A stretch of DNA of 63,993 bases, the filler included, from Sphacelaria rigidula (Eukaryota), in assembly GCA_964200075.2 (NCBI GenBank). It is 3 parts of 3 records of this genome, joined end to end, with 100 filler letters (N's around TTAATTAATTAA, not from the genome) between each part and the next. Parts side by side here need not be neighbours in the genome. Positions count along the whole stretch, not along the records: positions 21,605 to 43,106 come from CAXNAA020000412.1; 2 more parts are not named here. One strand, written 5' to 3'. Position numbers and translations under genes: made by a program. Positions 26,001 to 38,652 of the stretch are shown here, in pieces. Every line of letters begins with the position of its first letter. The stretch's first letter is position 1. The notes beneath the pieces are model-generated. The model had not been told where the DNA came from. It did not search any database and saw only the letters and a program-made list of their open reading frames with translations.

Positions 26001-29000
26001 CTGGGGGCTCTCCGACGTATGCACCGCAATGGTGTCGTACACCGCGACGTGAAGGGGGAGAATATCATGGTTGATAGTAACAACAACATCAAGGTAGGTC
26101 TGCACATCATACCGTGCACTCGATTCCTATCTTTTCCTATCTCGGATGGCTGATGCTGCACCACAACGAGTGCCGCGTGAGAATAGCCATTTTTGTCTCC
26201 TGGATGGAATCCGCGTGGCGAGTTTTGCTACAATATATAATGTGTCGGTGCTCAGATTCTTCAACTTCTTATTGTTGCTATTCAAGCCACTGCTCATTAT
26301 TGACGACCGGGGGCTGTGACGGCCGGGAGTGTCATGCGGTGGTGCCTACCTTGTCTTGTTACACGGTGGGTCAGCACTCCCCCCTTGATCTGGACCGTAG
26401 TAATTGACGGCGGTATATTGTCTCGAGCACATTTTTCGCTTCCGTCGGAGCTTCTGCCACGTACCCACTTTGCCCATACGTCTCAAGAAGAAACGTGGCG
26501 AGTCCACGGTACGAAATGTCCACCTCACCGATGGATGACTTTGAGCACATCCCGCGGGACAAGGATCAAACGGGATTGAATACAGGTGATCTGTATCAGT
26601 CTTGGGTGTGAACCGTGAGCACTGCAGCGAAAACCCGCAAAGCAAATAGCTGCGAATCGTTCGTCGAGCAGAATGGTATTTGAAGCCTTCCCTCAAGTGC
26701 TTACGCCGTAGCGTGACAATATCTGCTTGCATCAGACGCTAGGTACATGGCCATTGTTTCTCGTCTTGAATGTGTACGCCGGAAATCCTCCCCGACTTGC
26801 CCATGCTCCTGTCTTTTCCCCTGCAGTTGATCGACCTCGGCCAAGCTTCAAAGGCGGGAGCGAATGGTCTCGTGCGGCCAAGAAACGTGGGGACGCCTAC
26901 ATACAGGGCACCTGAGGCCGTCATGAATCTGGAACACGATGGCTATAAGGTGAGCGACGAACATTAAACACTGCGGATGCGAAAGTCATGGTATTGGTCA
27001 GGATGAGGCTGATCTTGACATGAACAACCGTAAAAAGACTCCAGTCTAGCACTTTCGGTGCGATCAAACTTTCGACGTGGGAGCACAAATGCGAACCTGC
27101 AATCGCACACGGTTCTGTAGAAATGCGGGCGAGTTGGTCAAAATGTTTCATTTTGTTTCCCCGGGCAAAGCGCTCAAATGGTTTCTGAACGTACGTATCG
27201 TGACGATAGAGGCCTATCCGAGTGTGTTTCATGAGCTGACCGATCTGGATACCGCAGAAAGTGATCTGCATGCCTCACAAGACACCTTGTTCATTCTTAC
27301 ACGATGCTTGTGTTTTTGCAGTAGGGTGCATCCGAATTGGGAAAGCGTTGGTTGAAATCGATTTTTTCAAGTTCTTCGGATACAACCACCTATCACGCTG
27401 AATTTTCCACCCCCAAACATGGGGCCCGAGAGGAATGAGTATCTGTTTCAACTTCCCGACCGAAAATAATCTCAATGAACAATACTGAACGACTTGCGAC
27501 CTACTGTAGCCTGTCATGGAGGATTCTGTGGCCATATACAGCCCCCGGTTTCAGACTCTCCAGTATTTTCGTTCAATCGACCCAATCCCAGTCGTCCTGG
27601 TGGACAACCTTCGATTTGGATTTGTTTGTTTGATTGATTGATTGCCGCACATTGGCTGATCCCCAGGAGTCATGATTCAGCCGAGGTCAAATGATGGACG
27701 CACCCGAGATAAAAACAAAACGAAACCAAACATTACCTCAAGAAAGGCGAAGGGATCATGAAGACAGGACAGACAAGCCGGGGAGACTGGATTATTTTCC
27801 CGAAGGTCTAGATATTCATTGCGCTCCAGTCGAAAAACCGTGTTGTTGTGCCAAACACAGTCCACGATATCCCCGACAAACAGCATTCATTTCGTCTTGT
27901 TCCGGACACAAAATAGGTGGGACATGTGTCCTCAGCACGACCTACTGTTTTTCACCAATATCCACGTGCTCTACACTAGCACTGCCGATTGTTGATATTG
28001 ATACAATTTGATCAGCGAAAAGTCCTGATTGAGTCATGTCCTGACTCAGATGCACCGTACGGTGCAGGAACCGATATTTCAGCCTCTCAGGACTTGCCAC
28101 CGCACAACTGATGCTCAACCCGACGGATCTGGAGCAGCAGCGATGTGTGATGGTTGCAAGAGTTACCTTAATTCACACCTGGTTCTGAGCGTTATTTGGC
28201 TACCCACCACATAAGCGCGTGTCAACTGTTGTTGTTGTTGTGGTGGTGGTGGTGGTAGTGGTCGTCGTCTTTACATGAAAAGTCAATTCGATATTTGCGC
28301 AGTACGTCTTGCTTCCGCACTGGGCATCTGATGCGGAGGCCTTCCGTCGTCACAGGTTATCTATCCGAAATAAGGTATAGGTTGATAAATGAAAATAGAA
28401 TATGACCGAGAAAAATTGATACGGACACCAATTCCTCTGTCTAATATCCACCCCTTGACACAAGGTTCGGCCTGCAGTGGGAGAATACAACGCTCGTTTG
28501 ACCTCTGTACCTTTCTGTCGTGACTGCCGCCAATGTACGCGCGCTGTTGGAATTTCCCCACGATTGACTGGCACCAGGCGGATGTGTGGAGTGCGGGGGT
28601 CGTGATATATCAAACCTTGACGATGAGACCGCTCTTGCGGTCAAACAACAGCGCACAGGAGGTATGTGGTTATAACCACTGTAATTTGTCGTTTGCTTTC
28701 TGCTCCGTGGTGAAACCTTGTAGCAAAACCTTTCTTAACCTCGATCCACGCAGAAATATGGCCGGACTCGAAATTCACCGCCGCATAACACAGTCTTGCG
28801 CCCTGTTGTTCCTAGCCACACCGTATGATATTGACCTGCTATTATCAATGCTTTAGCGTCTAAAGATGGTATCGGGTTGGAGGGTTTGAAGCCATCGGTA
28901 GCCTAAACCGACGGTGCCTCGTGTTTTGGTGTTGGTGTTGGTGTCTGTGTTGGTGTCTGTGTTTCGCCTTTGAAAAGTGCAAGATCTACGTGCCATCAAT

Positions 29001-31077
29001 CCTACTCGATGTACGTAAGTGGAGCACGGTGAACTACCGTCAACTTTAGAGGAACCTTCCTTTGTGTTCCGAGGACTACGGCACTACAACAAACTCAAAT
29101 GAGCACTGAACCAGCATGAATGCGTGCGCCGTTGCCTGACTCTCGTCGTTTATCCACCATCTTGACATTTGAATCGGTACGTTATGGCCAGCCCCTGAGT
29201 TGGGGACAATATGTTGAAGATGACACAGCACGAGACCTGCTGAGGGGAATGTTGCATCCTGACCCTGCAGACAGATTGACGGTGGATGCCGCCCTCGCCC
29301 ACCCATGGCTGCGGAATGAAGATGCCGCTACCGCTGCCGCTGAGAAGCCGGAACCTGCCACGACGGTGAGTACCCGAGCACAGTATTGTACGAGTAGTGC
29401 ACTCGCAAGAATGTTCACGCTTGTTGTTTGGCGTTGTAACGAAGCCCCCGGTGTCGCATCGATAGACACAGCTACTGGTAAGGCCAGTTCTGCGCGTTTG
29501 TTTCCACGAACCGAGTCGCGAACGTACTGTCGAGCAGCATCACCGGTGAGTCAGGTAGATTTTTCAACGTTCAGGTGGCCTATTTCTTCTCGACCGCACG
29601 TCTGGGCGTCAAGCTATCTCTTGAGACAAGCGTCATTGTTACGACGTGAGATTGCGCCGGTAGTCATCCCGTGAACCCGGATGCTCGTCCCACACATATG
29701 TAGATGGGGGCTGGTTCATTCGTGCTCTGGTGTACGCGTTCGGTGACTATACGGCCAATTGCAACCATATGCCGACGACCAATTTCTCATCCGTACGTAC
29801 ATGTACAGCTTGACCCGACGCCGCGGATGTCATGATCGTCTCTCCGCCACGTTGATGTGGTGCTTGTTTGTATTTATTCTATGGGTACTAAGATGCAGGA
29901 AAGAGCAAGCGTTGGGAAGGGGGATGGAAACTATGCCCATGGCACCCTCGTTGGTGCAGCAAAACTCGTCCGCCGCCCACCGAAAGCTACTGGTAAATGG
30001 CGGCGACGAGAAGCAGACGACACGACTCCTGCTACCGCTGATGAAGGTGCCAAATGTTTCACCGGAGAGACTGCTACCAAATATGAATCACGAGCGGAAC
30101 AGCCCCGCAACAGTGTGAATGTATCGCGGTACACCCGCGCAAGGGAAGTCGATAAAAATGAACATGACGGCATATTTGGTCGACGTCCGTTGCGTGGGTT
30201 CGCCGCGTTATATCTACACTGTTACTCGCAGGATTTTTCCGCTGTTGATTCAAATTCGACAGCAGTCTCTCCGATGCAACATTCGTCACCTTCATTAGCA
30301 GTAGCAGCAGTCATATCGTCTGCTTCTTGTCGCCGGCGATTACCTGCAGCTTTCGGTGAGCGACGGACGAGTTTTGCTGCAGACGAGGTTCAGTCACTGA
30401 TGTGTTTATGCTGGTTCAGTCTATTGTGAGTATGTTCCAATGCCGAAGCCCTCAAAAGACAAGTGAACGTACCAGACAAATGATGGGGGGAACAGTATGT
30501 GCCCTCGGCATGGTATAATCGGATTATGTTTTCTGTCGAACAAGATTGTCCCTTTCACCAACCTCGACTTCGACGTGATGAACAAGAGGTATACCTCTCT
30601 AATACATTGGCGTGAGAGGTGTTGGTGCTTGGTCCGCGAAAACGAAACATGATCGTATGATGCTGATGGTGTTTACTTGGGAAACGACCAAGTTGGGTAC
30701 TTTATTTTCTCTCGCGCCGTGTCTCCGGGAGAGGAGACTCATTTATGACGAATTTCTCCGAACATGGTAAATCTACCGACGTCCTTCCCGTGCCGAAAAT
30801 GACACAGGATGCAGTTGGAGCGACTCCACAGGCTGGTCCAGAAGCTCCAGCATCGATTGTGCAGGGTAGGTGCAATAGCAGCGGGGTTGAATCAAGGAAC
30901 AGTAACAAGAAGTCCGCGAAGAGGCGTTTGGAGGACGACCTGGTGGTAGAGTCAGACGGGAACGTGGAGAACGGGGATGGGTTGAGGAATGCGGGGGTAA
31001 AGCGGAAGTTGGAAATACGAGAAGCAAGCGGGACAGTGGGCCAGAAGAAGAAAAAGAGTCAGAGTGAGACTGACTAG
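23092..31077 (+). CDS. Intron-rich Ser/Thr protein kinase (divergent, CAMK-like by C-lobe motifs) with a basic C-terminal tail
   Basis: Phase-consistent GT-AG exons: 23371-23497 (IGAGGQGTVYE), 24895-24971 (CALKVIK), 25419-25492 (VKREIRMM, alphaC Glu), 25847-26093 (ILMEFAEG...HRDVKGEN), 26827-26949 (DLG...GTPTYRAPE), 28578-28661 (ADVWSAGVVIY), 29192-29365 (DPADRLT..ALAHPW). Less certain: first exon 23092-23190/23196, microexon 28984-29010, exon 29899-30355 (or -29992), and last exon 30734-31077 with KRR/KRK/KKKK clusters. Confidence 0.88.
29946..30388. ncRNA. Long imperfect hairpin; candidate miRNA/siRNA precursor overlapping a kinase exon
   Basis: Arms 29946-30160 and 30171-30388 are reverse complements at roughly 80% identity by eye, around a ~10-nt loop (AACATGACGG). 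The inverted repeat is certain; the RNA function is inferred. Confidence 0.5.
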
Positions 31078-33589
31078 GGAGGTGTAGTGCTGGAGTGTGG
31101 CGTATAACGGATTTCGTTCCACGCTGAACTGCGCTAACAACATCATGGTTCGCTGGTCGTAGCAATAGTGCACACAGGAATGGTGCCCAGCTTGTGGAGA
31201 CCAAGTGTACCCCTTGCTAGTATAGTGCTTGTGCAGGATTATTCCCTGTACATTCTCTGTATGAGTGGGCCATTCGTGAACTGAGGAGAGCACAAGGAAT
31301 CGAGCGGTGTCACTTGCACGCTATTCCATCGACGGGGTCGAAAGGGGGGGGGGGGGGCTGGATATCGTAAAAAAGTATGTAAAGTGCTCGTCATGTGTCG
31401 GCCTGGCTCAACCGATCGATCAGGTTGGCATGAGTATCACCTCAACCCACTAGCGAAGGTTTGGCAGGGTGATGGAGTTAGTGTATCACAAACAACGACG
31501 TACAAGCGTGGTGTTGTGAAATTGTACTGTTCCACAAGTTCCGATTGTTCAAGTGGAGTTTTAATTACATATGACATATTCATGATGGGGGGGGGGGGGG
31601 GCGTTCAGATAATGACTGCTTTCGTAAGGATTGCTACAACGACGGAGCTTTGTGACTCCCGGTTGCGTATGAGGATGGCTTCATGCTGATCTTATGGTGA
31701 GAAATGTGACGGGGAGGGAACAAGGAAAGAGGTGCGTGGATTAATTAGCGTGTGTAGACTTCGTAGTGGGCGGGGATGTTAAGGGGAGGGGGAGGGGGGG
31801 GGGGGGTAGGTGTTTTTAGTGTTCTTGACGTTCTTGTGGTGCCAGGTTTCGTGTTGTTCCGTGACCGTGACCCTAAGCCGTCAGTATTCTTGTGTCGTCG
31901 TTGTTCTTGATATCGGTTATGCGAAATGGAAGATATGCGTGTATCGTCAGGGGTTGCCACGAAAATGCTCCCGGCTGCCAGGACTCAGTGGAATGAGTAG
32001 ATCATTGATGGAGGCCTAGTCGTAGAATGGCCGAGTGGTGAATGGTCCGTTTAAACCGGAGTGGAACTCCGGCGGAGTATACACGTTGGGGTGAAGGAGA
32101 CGTACGATAACGCGATATACTGGGTATTACAGTCAACCTTAGCTGACATATCGTTTTGTACGGTCGCCCCCTCAACAGTCTAGACGTAAAGGTCCCCTAA
32201 AGTCGAAACTTGTTGAATATTTGGTGCTACCCCTACGTGTTAGTGCTATTCCCCAGCGGGTGGTGGGCGTGTTAGCAAGCGGTGACGTACCCTTTAGAGG
32301 AGTGCTATCTTCTATGTGTGCTTGCCCAGGTGAATCTTTGATGTTATGACCGCGGGTCTGAATAATAGAGTTGATGAGGCAGTAGAATAACTACGGGGGG
32401 GCAGAAGGTCAAGACTCCGAGAGCCTGCGACATCGCTAGTTAAGTATGGTACATTGGTGCGGCGACTACTCGGACACGCGATGCGCCAAAATCGTTTACA
32501 GTAGGTATGTGCCAACGAATGTCGTAATGTCAGGGCCATATGTTGAGGTTTCAATTGTAGTGTCCCACCTTGCATGGGGGTAAAGAGGGACAGTGCTCCT
32601 AGGCACATGAAGGCCATAGTTGGTGGTGTGGATATAAACTCCTGCGGCTTTTGAGCCTTTTATCAACAGTGAATGTTCACGCGGTACATGGCTTTGTGCT
32701 ACGTTGGTCGGGAAAAAAGGAACTCGCGGTACTAGTAGTCCTTTACTTTTCTCGTTCGATGCCCTTGCTCGCGTGTTACCAAGCAGATATTCCCAGTAGA
32801 CGCCAGGTGGCCCAGGAGTGGGCAAGGTGGGCACATAGGATACGTTTCCAGGAGAGACGAAGATATTCCTTCTCGGGGATTTGGAGTTTGACACGTATAT
32901 TGTTTCACCAATTGCGGTAGTCCACGGCACGTGGACCGTCGAATTTCGACACCAACCTCATCACATCGTGCATACTTAACGCTACTACATTTTTAATGAA
33001 TGGCTGAACGATTCAACACACATGGTGGAACATTACCCCGTCTTCACCGTATGTGCTATCGGCCATCGAATTCCCATGGCAACATATATGTATACTGTGC
33101 TACTGTAGTGTATAATGATATACAGTAAGAATATACCACCGCGCCACGGTGGTTTAACTGCTTCAACTGAAACCAGTTACGGCTGAGGAGAGCCAACGAT
33201 TCTTATTCAGGTGGATGCGTTTGATTTTTTTCTGAAAAACATGTGGTTTCCATCAGTATGTAGCCTCTACCTGACGATCTGGAGAAGAGGATTTTCAACG
33301 AGGGACTCCTCCAGTATCACTGGCCTCGTGCTCGACAAGTCCTTTCTTCTCACTTTTTATTATCACGGAGCGATCCAGAAACAGACCACATCATGAGCCA
33401 GACAGCAAGGGGCCACAAAGATAAGGGCCATCCAGGATATATTCCAGGATCCCCTGTCCCCTGCCACTGCTCCAACCATGCATGCGATTATTCTGAAATC
33501 TACGGCTTGGTATCATTTGGCTACAGCACCCCCGAAGCGAATTCAAGACAAACGAACAAGCTTGACAATCAACAAAAACCAAGGCGAAA

Positions 33590-34100
33590 TCTCATGCGCC
33601 AGATTACAAAGAAATACTACATTCCGACGCTCATTTACTGCTCAGCGCCCGAGTCAACCGCATTTCATGCAGTCCTTTGTGAACAAATTCAGGCGCAGAA
33701 GGATGAACCTTGCGAAGAGACTCCCACGCACGTTCTTCAGCACCGAACCCTTCCCAATCGACCAAAACAATGACATCACCATTGTCATCCTCAGCGACGT
33801 GCACCAAAGCATTCATCCGACGTTAACCTTGAGCATACCAATGCTGAAATACATCTTTTAGTTCCGCAGTGATGTGCAACTGCGAGTCAGCATAGAAACG
33901 TAAACGAGCGACATGGGCCGAGTGCACAGCGCCAGAAATAATGTTCTGCACCGAATACACGTAAGCGTGATCGGCTTCGACCACTCGCCACGGACCTGTC
34001 CACGTGGACATCAACTTTGGCGTCACACCTTGCCTACGAACACGGGCATACAATACGAAATCGCCAACTGCAAACTTGGGCAACACAGCCTGGCCCTGAG
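33590..34100 (-). mobile_element. Ty3/Gypsy (chromovirus-type) pol 3' remnant: integrase C-terminus plus chromodomain
   Basis: FAVGDFVL...PKLMSTWTGPWRVV...AHVARLRFY (GPY/F module), then VLVDWEGFGAEERAWESL (chromodomain), separated by a stop. 5'-truncated by another repeat. Confidence 0.85.
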
Positions 34101-34408
34101 CAAGCTATATTGAATCATGAATATATAGATATTGACCTCGTGTGGCAGCCAATATATTACTCGATCAATATATATATATATATTTGTGCCTTGCCGCACC
34201 AACGTTTTACTCGGTCAATGTATGTGGAGGTGGCGCGTATCATGATATATTGTTCAGTCGATATATATTGCATGTCGCGAGCCTTGACATGTTGATGGCA
34301 CGATATATTTTGAACTGTTTCGTGCCATCATACTGCTCGCCCAATATATGCTGACCACCCGACGCGTCGACATATTGAGCGGGCAATATATATTACATAT
34401 TGTTTTGT

Positions 34409-35400
34409 CCAGGGTGTGGAGTATTTACAGAACTTACAGAACTAACGGGTACCGGCACAGGGGTTACAGAATCTATCGGGTAGGTATAGGAGGCTTACAG
34501 AGAATTCAAAACCTTTCTGGTGAGGAATGAAGATTGCATAGAAAATCGAATCCGCACCCGGGTATTCTTAAAAGGTTATGCCCTAACCCGGGTAGGGATA
34601 AATCTTGTGTACAGAAAATACAAATCTGTCGGGTAAGGGTATAGGGGGGGTACAATAGACACGGAAATATCGTGGGCCGGTATGAAAGTGTCACCGAAGT
34701 CACAGACCGATTGAGTAGGAGTATGAAAGTGTTACCGAAGTCACAGACCTATCGAGTAGGGGGATGAAAGTCTCACATAATTCACAGAAATATCGGGTAG
34801 GGCAATGAAAGTATTGCAGAAGCTACAGAAATGTTGGGTACCGGAATGAAAGTCTTACAGAAGTCATAGAACTGTCGGGAAGGGATAATACCCGGCAAGA
34901 TACCCCGGGTATACAACAAACCGTATCGTATATAACACAGACTTGGACACCACCACCATCAAATTCGACGACCTGCACCTTGCTACTTGATACTGCTGGT
35001 GGCGCAGATGAAGCGCCCCCACTCGATCCACCACTCGTGTCTAGGAATGGTCCACCCCGACGGTCTGTATTGCTTTCCATGTTTCGCTTTTCCACTCAAC
35101 GGTACCGCGTAACCCGTCAGTGTACGAAACTTGATTACAACTTTTATAGGTGTATGGTTTTGAGTGAACGAGGGGAGTTTGATTGGAGTGGGTTAGGGAA
35201 CAAATGAAAGTTATCAGACTGCGTAGGGATTGAATCAATATTCATACCTCCCCCGGACATATACCTGGAATCTGCCTACATTGGATATACGCACAAGAGT
35301 ATACCCTGAGCCCGGGTTGGGGTAATGAGAGGCTGACAGACCTCACAGAATTGTCGACCAGGGGTGTGATGGCCTTACAAAACTGTCGGGCACCGGCATG
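34409..35400. repeat. Repeat-family copy with tandem ~41-bp units (GTATGAAAGT...AGTCACAGA)
   Basis: About five tandem units at 34680-34885; reverse complement of the 16005-17452 family. Confidence 0.7.
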
Positions 35401-35443
35401 AAATTTCACAGGGGTGACAGGATTCAGGAACACACAGCAGTAA

Positions 35444-36048
35444 CCGGTCGCCTCAGTGGAAACCTTCTGACAATTGGGACGTGGGTTCGAATCTCGGGAC
35501 GACCTGGGATTTTCTCTCACACCATGCCCAAGAGTGTGTTGTCATCCCATCTATTCTGGACGCTAGTCTACACCTTTCGGTATATGTGGGCGCACCAGCC
35601 GGGGTCACAAAGGAGGAAGGCCAACACAGGAGATTTTCGTTTTTGTTTTGCTTTAGTTCTCCACCTTCTTTCTGCGGTGCTTGCCTTTATTTTTTATTGC
35701 GAGAGGAGATTAGCAGTCCCTTTCCCTCGTCGACCATTGAGTCGAATTTTGTGTACCGACGACATAGTCGCTCTTCACTGTTGGGCATGAGAAAACATCC
35801 CAAATCATTCTGAGATTCGAACCCACGGCCCAACCGTCAGAAGGTGCCTAGGTTACCAACTGAGACAGCGGGGCGACCGGCTAGAGTGGAGAGCGACTAT
35901 GTCGTGCGTACACAAAGCCCTACTTCAATATCGACGAGGGGAGGGACCGCTGAGCCCTTCCCTCGGTAAAAAGAAAGGCAAGCACCGCAGAAGGGAGGTG
36001 GAGTACTCAAAAGACACAAAAAAACTCCTGTGTTAGCCTTCCTCTGTG
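35444..36048 (+). mobile_element. tRNA-derived SINE (family 2), split by an antisense copy of itself
   Basis: Head 35444-35536 (GGTTCGAATCTC B box) resumes at 35883-36048; AGAGTG is duplicated at 35531-35536 and 35883-35888. Confidence 0.75.
35537..35882 (-). mobile_element. tRNA-derived SINE (family 2), full-length nested copy
   Basis: Minus-strand head ...TCTCAGTTGGTAA...GGGTTCGAATCTC; the body is homologous to both flanking halves. Confidence 0.75.
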
Positions 36049-36061
36049 CGAAAAAAGTATA

Positions 36062-36757
36062 CTTCCTCTGTATCATAAGTCTGTGCAGTTATGTTTTTGC
36101 GCCCCCTTAAGGGTGTCCGATCTGTTTTCCGTTTTTTTCGTTGAATTCTCCGGCGTTTTTTGAGCAAGAAAAACCCACTTTTTTTTTCAGCTGGTGCTTG
36201 AACCAGGCGGCCTAACGGCTTAGAAAAGTTGAGTCGGTCCAAAAATGGCCATTTTTCGCCCCTTTCTAGGGGTGGGTGGGTCGGGCACCACGGAAAACAA
36301 AGCAGGAAAAACCAAGAATTAGCGCTTGCCCTAAACCTTCAACCCCCCTCTTCTCAACGGTCCATGTCGCGTACCCTATACTAAAACCAAGACAATTGGG
36401 GGTCTCACACTAAAACCAAGACACTTGAGGGGTAAATGGTTATAATAAATCTAGGGCGAGGTGGGGGAGTACTTGGGGGCATATCCCTCGTTTCTAGTGT
36501 GCGGGGGTAATCACGAATTATTGCAAGAATTCTCAAAAACATTATCAAAAACGTTCTCAAAAATATTCTCCAAACAGGGCCAAAATGGGTATATTTTGAC
36601 CTAGTTTTAGTGTACAAGATCATCTCCGAATTTTTTTTCAGTGAGCTTCGTATGCGTTTTGTCTTTCTAACGCGCCCGGCCAAAGGCTAAACGTAAAAGT
36701 ATAAGTACCTTTACGACTAAGCGCCCATAACTGCACAGACTTATGATACAGAGGAAG
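36062..36757. mobile_element. Tc1/mariner (Stowaway-like) MITE
   Basis: Perfect 32-bp TIR CTTCCTCTGTATCATAAGTCTGTGCAGTTATG with TA on both sides; a related terminus lies near 21448. Confidence 0.85.
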
Positions 36758-38652
36758 TATTCACCCATAAATGGGGAAATAAGAATCCACCCACACCTTC
36801 TATTATGGCCAATCCCGCGTCGTTTTTTTATTCGGGAGCCCACTTTTTCTTAATCTGAGGCGTTAGACCAACGTGCATGGTAGCCAATCCCGAATGTGGC
36901 GGGACCCCAATCTGTGCCAAATCGGGGGGATTCAAATTCGCGAAACTCAGATTCGTGTGTACACCTGTATGTGTCCTCGTTTCACAGATTTGTTGAAATT
37001 GTTGTGTACATGGAGTGTCATTTTCTGCAGGGGTGTCGTGTCACAATGAAGCCGAACAAGAGGCAGGCAGTGATTCATCTTTCAAGAGCAGCGTCGTACC
37101 GTGGTACCCTAGGGTCTAATGCAGTGCAGTACACTCCATAATCACAGTACATGGTAATGCCGTGTGGTAAAACATGGCGATATAGTCGGTATTGCGAAAA
37201 CAATGCACAGTGTGCGCCAGGCATTCACAGTGTGCATAGTGTGCGACAAGATTTCACGAGTGCAGTGCCACTCATCGCCCTTCAAGTACAGCGACAGCGG
37301 AGGGTAGGACAGTACAGTACCGTCTGTTATGATACACACAGACAGTAGCGCAGTGCATCATAAAATATTACCATCGCACCAGGGTACGGCGTCAACACTT
37401 CTTATCCGCCTGTCAAACCCCCGTGCGAAGCGCCGTGCGAAGCGCAGCTCTGCAAGCACAAACAGTTCAGTAGTGCAAGGTTGCAAATACAGGCTGTGCT
37501 CGCGAACACAGTACAGTAGGTTCCTGTATACTTCGGACACAAACAAGCTGGCATCTAGTAGCGGTGTTGTCGGCAATGTCTGTAGTTGTACACCGTCTAA
37601 CGGGAGGACTCATTTTAAAATATGTTGGCATCGATTTCCTGCCCGGTTCGTGGTTGCTTTCTCCTCTATCCCTATGCAAAGCTTCGGAAGGTCGGACGAA
37701 TTGATGATTCGTCTAGAAATTACTTGCTTTTAGTGTGATTGATTCGTACCGTACGAATCGATCCTTAGGCTTTGTTACCAGCGTTGCAACCCAGGTACGC
37801 GCAGCCCAGGCACGTGTAATGGCACAGAAATCGCGTCGAAACGTTCTTGACCAGCGGTCAACTATTGTTTTACCTTTTTAGAGCAACCAGGCCTGAAGAA
37901 TCGTGGATTTGGTGATTCGAACCGGCGATGATTCATCCGAACCGTGAAAGCTTCACGAGTTAATAAACCGGGAAGTCGATCACGGTGCGTGGTTGCTCTC
38001 TCCTCTGTGAAAGCTTCACGAGTGAATGAACCGGAACGTCGATCACTTAGTTTAACAGCCCCTCCACCTCAGCCACGGACGGCGTCGGCACGCACAAGCG
38101 AAGACAACGGAGAAATCGGCAATAAAGCTGAACTTTCTTGAGGGTGTTTAAAGTGATTATGAGAGCCGGTTGCTACGTATGGTTCCTCCAACCTCCAAAC
38201 GTGCCTCGATCGAAGCTACGACAGTCCAGTCTGAGAAGTTCAATCAAAACTCGCCCTGGTCAAAAGGGGTCGAATCATGGGTGTTCTCGAGTGCGCCCAG
38301 AGACAGAAGCGAAACGCAACGCCATGAGTACCAATGAAGCTGAAACTTGTCGAGGGCGTCTCGGTTGATGTTAGAAGAGCGATGAGATGTTTTTTTCGCG
38401 CAGCGCGGCTTCGAATCAATACGCGAAAAAAAGTGCGTGGCTCGGAGCATCGTGATGAGGCCTGGACGGATAGGACAGGACAGAATATGTTTTGAATTTT
38501 GGTTCAGTAGAAGCCTTTTCAGCCCTAAGGGCCTCAAAGGAACTTGGTAGTATAGCTAGCTAGCTCTCTGTCACGTTTCGTTGACCTTTTTCAAAGTTGC
38601 GCATTAAAACGTGCACACCACCGAAATCTGTGGTCCTCCGATGCATGCAACT

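Noticed and set aside
30038-30070. Hammerhead ribozyme core CTGATGA plus a short stem (also 57095, and minus strand near 50870)
   Set aside because: The conserved GAAA after stem II and/or the flanking stems are missing.
32160-32930. Possible retroelement 3' remnant (144-aa minus ORF, purine tract near 32170)
   Set aside because: No diagnostic RT, RNase H or integrase motif and no second LTR could be identified.
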